From Burkholderiales bacterium (lineage in GTDB: Bacteria; Pseudomonadota; Gammaproteobacteria; Burkholderiales; SG8-39), in assembly GCA_022844545.1 (NCBI GenBank), contig JALHLN010000001.1, positions 1 to 45,283 on the forward strand: a stretch of DNA of 45,283 bases, given 5' to 3'. The notes below the pieces were generated by a model. That model saw only the letters and a program-made list of their open reading frames with translations. It made no database searches and was not told the DNA's origin. This document shows positions 41,183-45,283 of the stretch, one piece after another (position 1 is the stretch's first letter; every line of letters starts with the position of its first letter). The translations under genes were made by a program, and so were the position numbers.

Positions 41183-42949
41183 TCAGGGCGGCGGCAGGCG
41201 CCGGCACTCCTCGAATACCCGTGCCGTGCAGGTCGCGCAAACGGCGCGGTCGAGCTGCGCGAAAATGGCCCCGATCGCCTCGGCCTTGCCTGCGAAACAG
41301 GCCCCGCGGTCGAAGCTGCCGGCGAACGCGGGGCCGTGGAGCATGTTCGACGCCGACTCACGCAAGCCGTGGAAGTAGAGCTGACCGCCGCGGGTTCTGC
41401 GGCGCCCGGCCTCGCGCGCAAGCAGCTCGGCGCCCGCGACATCGACGAAATTCATGCTCCTGGCGAACACGAGCAGGTGCTTCTGCAACGGGCGCCGCTC
41501 CTCGATCTGCTGGAGATAGTCGCCGACATGGTCGACGGCGCCGAAGTAGAGCGACCCCTCGATGCGCAGGATCTGCAGTTGCGGGCACTCCGCCTCGCCC
41601 TGCCGGCGCTCGCGGAACTTGCGCAGCGGCGAATCCCGGTCCGGAATCATGGATCGCAGCGCCGGGCGGGCGGTGCGGCGCAGGTAGAGAAGCAGCGAAA
41701 GCACCATCCCCGCCAGGACCGCCATCTCCAGATGCATCACCAGCGTCGCGAGGAACGTTCCTGCGAGCACCGCGGCTTCGCCCCGGCTCGCGCGCACAAT
41801 GGTCGCGATGTGGTGGAAGTCGATCAGACCCCAGGCCACGAGGACGAGGATGCCGGCCATGGAGGCGATCGGTATGAAGGCGGCGAGCGGCGCCACCGCG
41901 AGCACGACCAGCACCAGAAAGCCGGCCGAAAACGCCGCCGCGAGCGGGGTCCGCGCGCCCGCCTCGTAGTTCGCACCGGAGCGGTTGAACGAGCCGCTCG
42001 AGGGGTATGCGGAAAAGAAGCTGCCGACCAGGTTCGACAGGCCCTGGCCGACGAATTCCTGGTTGCCGTCGATGCGCTGGCCGGACTTGAGCGCGATCGA
42101 GCGCGCGATCGATACGGCCTCAACCAGCCCGAGGACGGAAACCGCGATCGCCGCGCCCATCAACGCGCGCAGGGTGTCGAGCGAAAACTGCGGCGCGGAA
42201 AGCGCGGGGAGCGCGTCCGGCAGCGCGCCGAGGGTGCGAATGGCCGTGTGCTCCTGCCCGAGCCAGCGGTTCAGGGCATAGGCGAGGATGCTGCCCGCGG
42301 CCATTGCCACGATCATGTAGGGCAGCCGCGGCAGCCAGCGCCGCGCCGCCAGGCCCGTGGCCAACGTTGCCGCGCCGACGAGAGCGGTATAGGGCGCGAT
42401 CTCGTCCACTGTTGCGGCGAAGGCATGGATCGTCTCCAGGAACGAGGGGCTGGGCGGGAGCGCGATGCCGAAGAAATTCGGCAGCTGGCTCGCGACGATG
42501 AGCAGCGCCGCCCCCGCGGTGAATCCCACGACCACGGTATGCGAGATGAAGTTCACCAGCACCCCGAGGCGCGCCAGACCCATCGCGAGCTGGATCAGGC
42601 CGACAACGAAGGCGAGCGTGATCACGAGGCTCACGTACTGCGCGCTGCCGGGCTCCGCGAGCTGCGACATGGTGGCGAAGACGACCAGCGAAATCGCGTT
42701 GGTCGGACCCGAAACGAGGTGCCGGCTCGAACCCCAGAGCGCGGCGACCACGGCCGGCACCATGGCCGCATAGAGCCCGTATTGCGGCGGCAGGCCCGCC
42801 AGCGTCGCGAACGCGATTCCCTGGGGAAGGACGACGATCGCGCCGAGGGCGCCGGCGGCGAGGTCGGCGCGCAGGCTTCCCCGGTCTACCCGCGGCCACC
42901 AGCGCAGTGCCGGCAACAGGCGAGCAAGCCAATGCGGGGAAGCGCCCAT
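41183..42949 (-). CDS. SulP-family anion transporter with a C-terminal STAS domain
   Basis: GIAFATLAGLPPQYGLYAA is present, with many TM segments and a STAS-like tail. The start is uncertain: candidates are 42949 (MGASPHW), 42973 and 42991. Confidence 0.8.
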   Translation of the reverse strand: MGASPHWLARLLPALRWWPRVDRGSLRADLAAGALGAIVVLPQGIAFATLAGLPPQYGLYAAMVPAVVAALWGSSRHLVSGPTNAISLVVFATMSQLAEPGSAQYVSLVITLAFVVGLIQLAMGLARLGVLVNFISHTVVVGFTAGAALLIVASQLPNFFGIALPPSPSFLETIHAFAATVDEIAPYTALVGAATLATGLAARRWLPRLPYMIVAMAAGSILAYALNRWLGQEHTAIRTLGALPDALPALSAPQFSLDTLRALMGAAIAVSVLGLVEAVSIARSIALKSGQRIDGNQEFVGQGLSNLVGSFFSAYPSSGSFNRSGANYEAGARTPLAAAFSAGFLVLVVLAVAPLAAFIPIASMAGILVLVAWGLIDFHHIATIVRASRGEAAVLAGTFLATLVMHLEMAVLAGMVLSLLLYLRRTARPALRSMIPDRDSPLRKFRERRQGEAECPQLQILRIEGSLYFGAVDHVGDYLQQIEERRPLQKHLLVFARSMNFVDVAGAELLAREAGRRRTRGGQLYFHGLRESASNMLHGPAFAGSFDRGACFAGKAEAIGAIFAQLDRAVCATCTARVFEECRRLPPP

Positions 42950-42971
42950 CCGTAATTGTAGAATGTCCCGC

Positions 42972-43751
42972 ATGCCGAGACTCGCCGCCAATCTCTCGTT
43001 GCTGTTTCCGGAGCTGCCGTTCCTCGATCGCTTCGCCGCCGCGGCGCGCGCCGGCTTCCGCCACGTCGAATACCAGTTTCCCTACGCCTTTGGCAGCGCC
43101 GCCGAGGTCGCCGCCGCGGCGCGTGCCGCGGGCCTCGAGGTGGTGCTGCACAATCTGCCTGGGGGCGACGCGGCGAAAGGCGACCGCGGCATCGCCTGCC
43201 TGCCCGACCGCGTCAGCGAGTTCCGCGAGGGCGTGGCGCGCGCGATCGAGTACGCGACGGCCGCCGGCTGCCCGCGCCTGAACGCGCTCGCCGGCGTCGG
43301 GCCCCCGGGCGCGAAGCGCGAGCTGCTGCGCCAGACGCTGGTGGAGAACCTGCGCTACGCGGCGCGGGCGCTGGCCAAGTCGGGGCTCACGCTGCTCACC
43401 GAACCGGTCAACCCGCGTACCGTGCCGGGGTTCCTCCTCAACACTTCGCGCGACGGCATCGAGGCCATCGATGCCGTGGGCGAGCCCAACCTGATGCTGC
43501 AGTACGACCTGTTCCACATGCAGATCGTGGAAGGCGACCTGGCGAAGACCATGGAGCGGCTGCTGCCGAGGATCGGCCACATGCAGATCGCGGACGTGCC
43601 GGACCGGCACGAGCCGGGAACGGGCGAGGTCAACTTCGATTTCCTGCTGCGGCACATGGACGCCATCGGCTACGCCGGCTGGGTCGGCTGCGAATACATC
43701 CCGGCGGGCGACACCGCGAAAGGACTGGCGTGGGCGAAGCCCTGGCTGTAG
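42972..43751 (+). CDS. hyi: Hydroxypyruvate isomerase
   Basis: MPRLAANLSLLFPELPFLDRF...VEYQFPY...QYDLFHMQIVEGDL is present. An alternative ATG lies at 42963. Confidence 0.85.
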   Translation: MPRLAANLSLLFPELPFLDRFAAAARAGFRHVEYQFPYAFGSAAEVAAAARAAGLEVVLHNLPGGDAAKGDRGIACLPDRVSEFREGVARAIEYATAAGCPRLNALAGVGPPGAKRELLRQTLVENLRYAARALAKSGLTLLTEPVNPRTVPGFLLNTSRDGIEAIDAVGEPNLMLQYDLFHMQIVEGDLAKTMERLLPRIGHMQIADVPDRHEPGTGEVNFDFLLRHMDAIGYAGWVGCEYIPAGDTAKGLAWAKPWL

Positions 43752-45214
43752 CGGACGCGGCGCGCCAGCGCGAGGTCGCGCAGGCGCTGCGCGCCTTCCT
43801 GCCGGCGCGCTCGGTGCTCTGGGAGGAGGAAGACACCCGTCCCTACGAGTGCGACGGCCTCACCGCCTACCGCCAACTGCCGATGGTGGTGGCGCTGCCG
43901 GAGACCGAGGACGAGGTGCAGCGGATCCTCAGGACCTGCAGCGCGCTCGGCGTCCCGGTGGTGCCGCGCGGCGCCGGCACCGGGCTCTCGGGCGGCGCGC
44001 TGCCGCCGGGCGACGGCGTGCTGCTGTCCATGGCCAAGTTCATGCGCGTGGTGCGCCTGGACCCGCTGGCGCGGATCGCGGTGGTGCAGCCCGGCGTGCG
44101 CAATGCCGCGATCTCGGACGTGGCCGCGGCATTCGGCCTGTACTACGCGCCGGATCCGTCCAGCCAGATCGCCTGTTCCATCGGCGGCAACGTTGCCGAG
44201 AACTCCGGCGGCGTGCACTGCCTCAAGTACGGCCTCACGGTGCACAACGTGCTCAAGGTGCGCGGCTTCACCATCGACGGCGAGCCGGTGAGCTTCGGCT
44301 CGGAGGCGCTGGATTCGCCCGGCTACGACCTGCTGGCGCTGGCGATCGGGTCGGAGGGCCTGCTCGCGGTGAGCACCGACATCACGGTGAAGCTGCTGCC
44401 CAGGCCGCAGGCGGCGCGCGTGGTGATGGCCTCGTTCGACGACGTCGAGAGGGCGGGCGACGCGGTGGCCGCGATCATCGCCGCCGGCATCATCCCGGCG
44501 GGGCTGGAGATGATGGACAAGCCTGCCACGCGCGCGGTGGAGGAGTTCGTCCACGCCGGCTACGACCTCGACGCCGCGGCGATCCTGCTGTGCGAATCGG
44601 ACGGCACCGCCGAGGAGGTCGAGGATGAAATCGCGCGCGTGCGCGAGGTGCTCGCGAAGGCCGGCGCGACGCGCACCACGGTGTCGCGCGACGAGGCCGA
44701 GCGCCTGCGCTTCTGGTCCGGTCGCAAGGCCGCGTTCCCGGCGGTGGGGCGCATCTCGCCCGACTATTACTGCATGGACGGCACGATCCCGCGCAGGAAG
44801 CTGGGGGAAGTGCTGAACTTCATCGCCGCGATGGAGAAGAAGCACGGCCTGCGCTGCCCCAACGTGTTCCATGCCGGCGACGGCAACCTGCACCCGCTGA
44901 TCCTGTTCGACGCCAATGACGCCGACCAGTTGCGGCGCACGGAGGACTTCGCCGCCGAGGTGCTGGAGAAATGCGTCGCGGTGGGCGGCACCATCACCGG
45001 CGAGCACGGCGTCGGGGTGGAGAAGATCAACCAGATGTGCGTGCAGTTCAGGCCCGCGGAGCTGGAGCTGTTCCATGCCGTGAAGCGGGTGTTCGACCCC
45101 AAGGGCCTGCTCAACCCGGGCAAGGCGGTGCCGACGCTGGCGCGCTGCGCCGAGTTCGGCCGCATGCACGTGCACGGCGGGCGCCTGCCCCACGCGGAGC
45201 TGCCCCGGTTTTGA
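43730..45214 (+). CDS. glcD: Glycolate oxidase FAD-linked subunit GlcD
   Basis: 494 aa, co-linear with E. coli GlcD (PYECDGL, PRGAGTGLSGGALP, YYAPDPSSQIACSIGGNVAENSGGVHCLKYG, HAGDGNLHPLILFD). It starts at a GTG and overlaps the hyi end by 22 nt. Confidence 0.9.
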   Translation: MGEALAVADAARQREVAQALRAFLPARSVLWEEEDTRPYECDGLTAYRQLPMVVALPETEDEVQRILRTCSALGVPVVPRGAGTGLSGGALPPGDGVLLSMAKFMRVVRLDPLARIAVVQPGVRNAAISDVAAAFGLYYAPDPSSQIACSIGGNVAENSGGVHCLKYGLTVHNVLKVRGFTIDGEPVSFGSEALDSPGYDLLALAIGSEGLLAVSTDITVKLLPRPQAARVVMASFDDVERAGDAVAAIIAAGIIPAGLEMMDKPATRAVEEFVHAGYDLDAAAILLCESDGTAEEVEDEIARVREVLAKAGATRTTVSRDEAERLRFWSGRKAAFPAVGRISPDYYCMDGTIPRRKLGEVLNFIAAMEKKHGLRCPNVFHAGDGNLHPLILFDANDADQLRRTEDFAAEVLEKCVAVGGTITGEHGVGVEKINQMCVQFRPAELELFHAVKRVFDPKGLLNPGKAVPTLARCAEFGRMHVHGGRLPHAELPRF

Positions 45215-45283
45215 GCGCAGGGGATGCCGCCGCGGAACTGCAGGAGCGCGTCCGCGCCGCTGCGGCCGCGCGCGCGCCGCTGC
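45211..45283 (+). CDS. glcE: Glycolate oxidase subunit GlcE, 5' fragment that runs off the window
   Basis: The frame from the TTG at 45211 is open to the window edge: (M)SAGDAAAELQERVRAAAAARAPL. Its position directly after glcD and its GlcE-like N-terminal pattern support the call. The start codon is uncertain. Confidence 0.5.
   Translation, partial: MSAGDAAAELQERVRAAAAARAPL

Overview
This is a high-GC stretch of proteobacterial chromosome, roughly two-thirds G+C by eye. The gene content looks betaproteobacterial, but that taxon call is an inference. It is densely packed with about 50 mostly housekeeping genes. I found no rRNA or tRNA genes, CRISPR arrays, transposases, integrases or prophage genes.

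Gene content in order:
- a 3'-truncated PuuE-like deacetylase and a SnoaL-like protein
- a Liv-type ABC importer whose LivM, LivG and LivF parts are fused into one 803-aa ORF
- a solitary VapB-like antitoxin
- hrpA and an EI24/CysZ-like membrane protein
- divergent oxyR and a Prx5-Grx hybrid peroxiredoxin, separated by a near-consensus OxyR box
- a tightly coupled string (GT2 glycosyltransferase, ABC ATPase, ABC-2-like permease, CinA-N-like protein) directly downstream of the peroxiredoxin
- a PhaP-type phasin, an EamA transporter and gluQ
- thioredoxin, pirin and dps
- fumC and a Tat/lipobox-signal SAM methyltransferase
- purN, a DUF3108 protein, rsmB and desA
- rpmG and rpmB, radC, and divergent coaBC-dut
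- fccAB sulfide dehydrogenase
- clpS-clpA divergent from a cold-shock gene
- monomeric icd
- a 46-aa secreted Lys/Asp-rich micro-ORF that is too short for the ORF track, then a DUF192 protein
- aapJQM with no ATPase gene
- a SulP/STAS transporter
- hyi, glcD and the start of glcE

I do not see a clear-cut new multi-gene defence or mobile system. The observations most worth following up are:
1. An in-frame A_AAA_AAA slippery heptamer sits at the 3' end of the phasin gene. It opens a start-less 40-codon Lys/Arg-rich -1-frame extension that ends exactly at the terminator.
2. The GT2/ABC/CinA-like string is apparently co-transcribed with the OxyR-box-associated peroxiredoxin.
3. The secreted micro-ORF lies behind a long GC-rich leader.
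4. The triple-fused LivMGF has a degenerate ABC signature in its first ATPase domain.
5. The orphan antitoxin has atypical codon usage and lies next to an N-terminally short hrpA.

Many long alternative-frame and antisense ORFs in the track are high-GC artefacts and were rejected.
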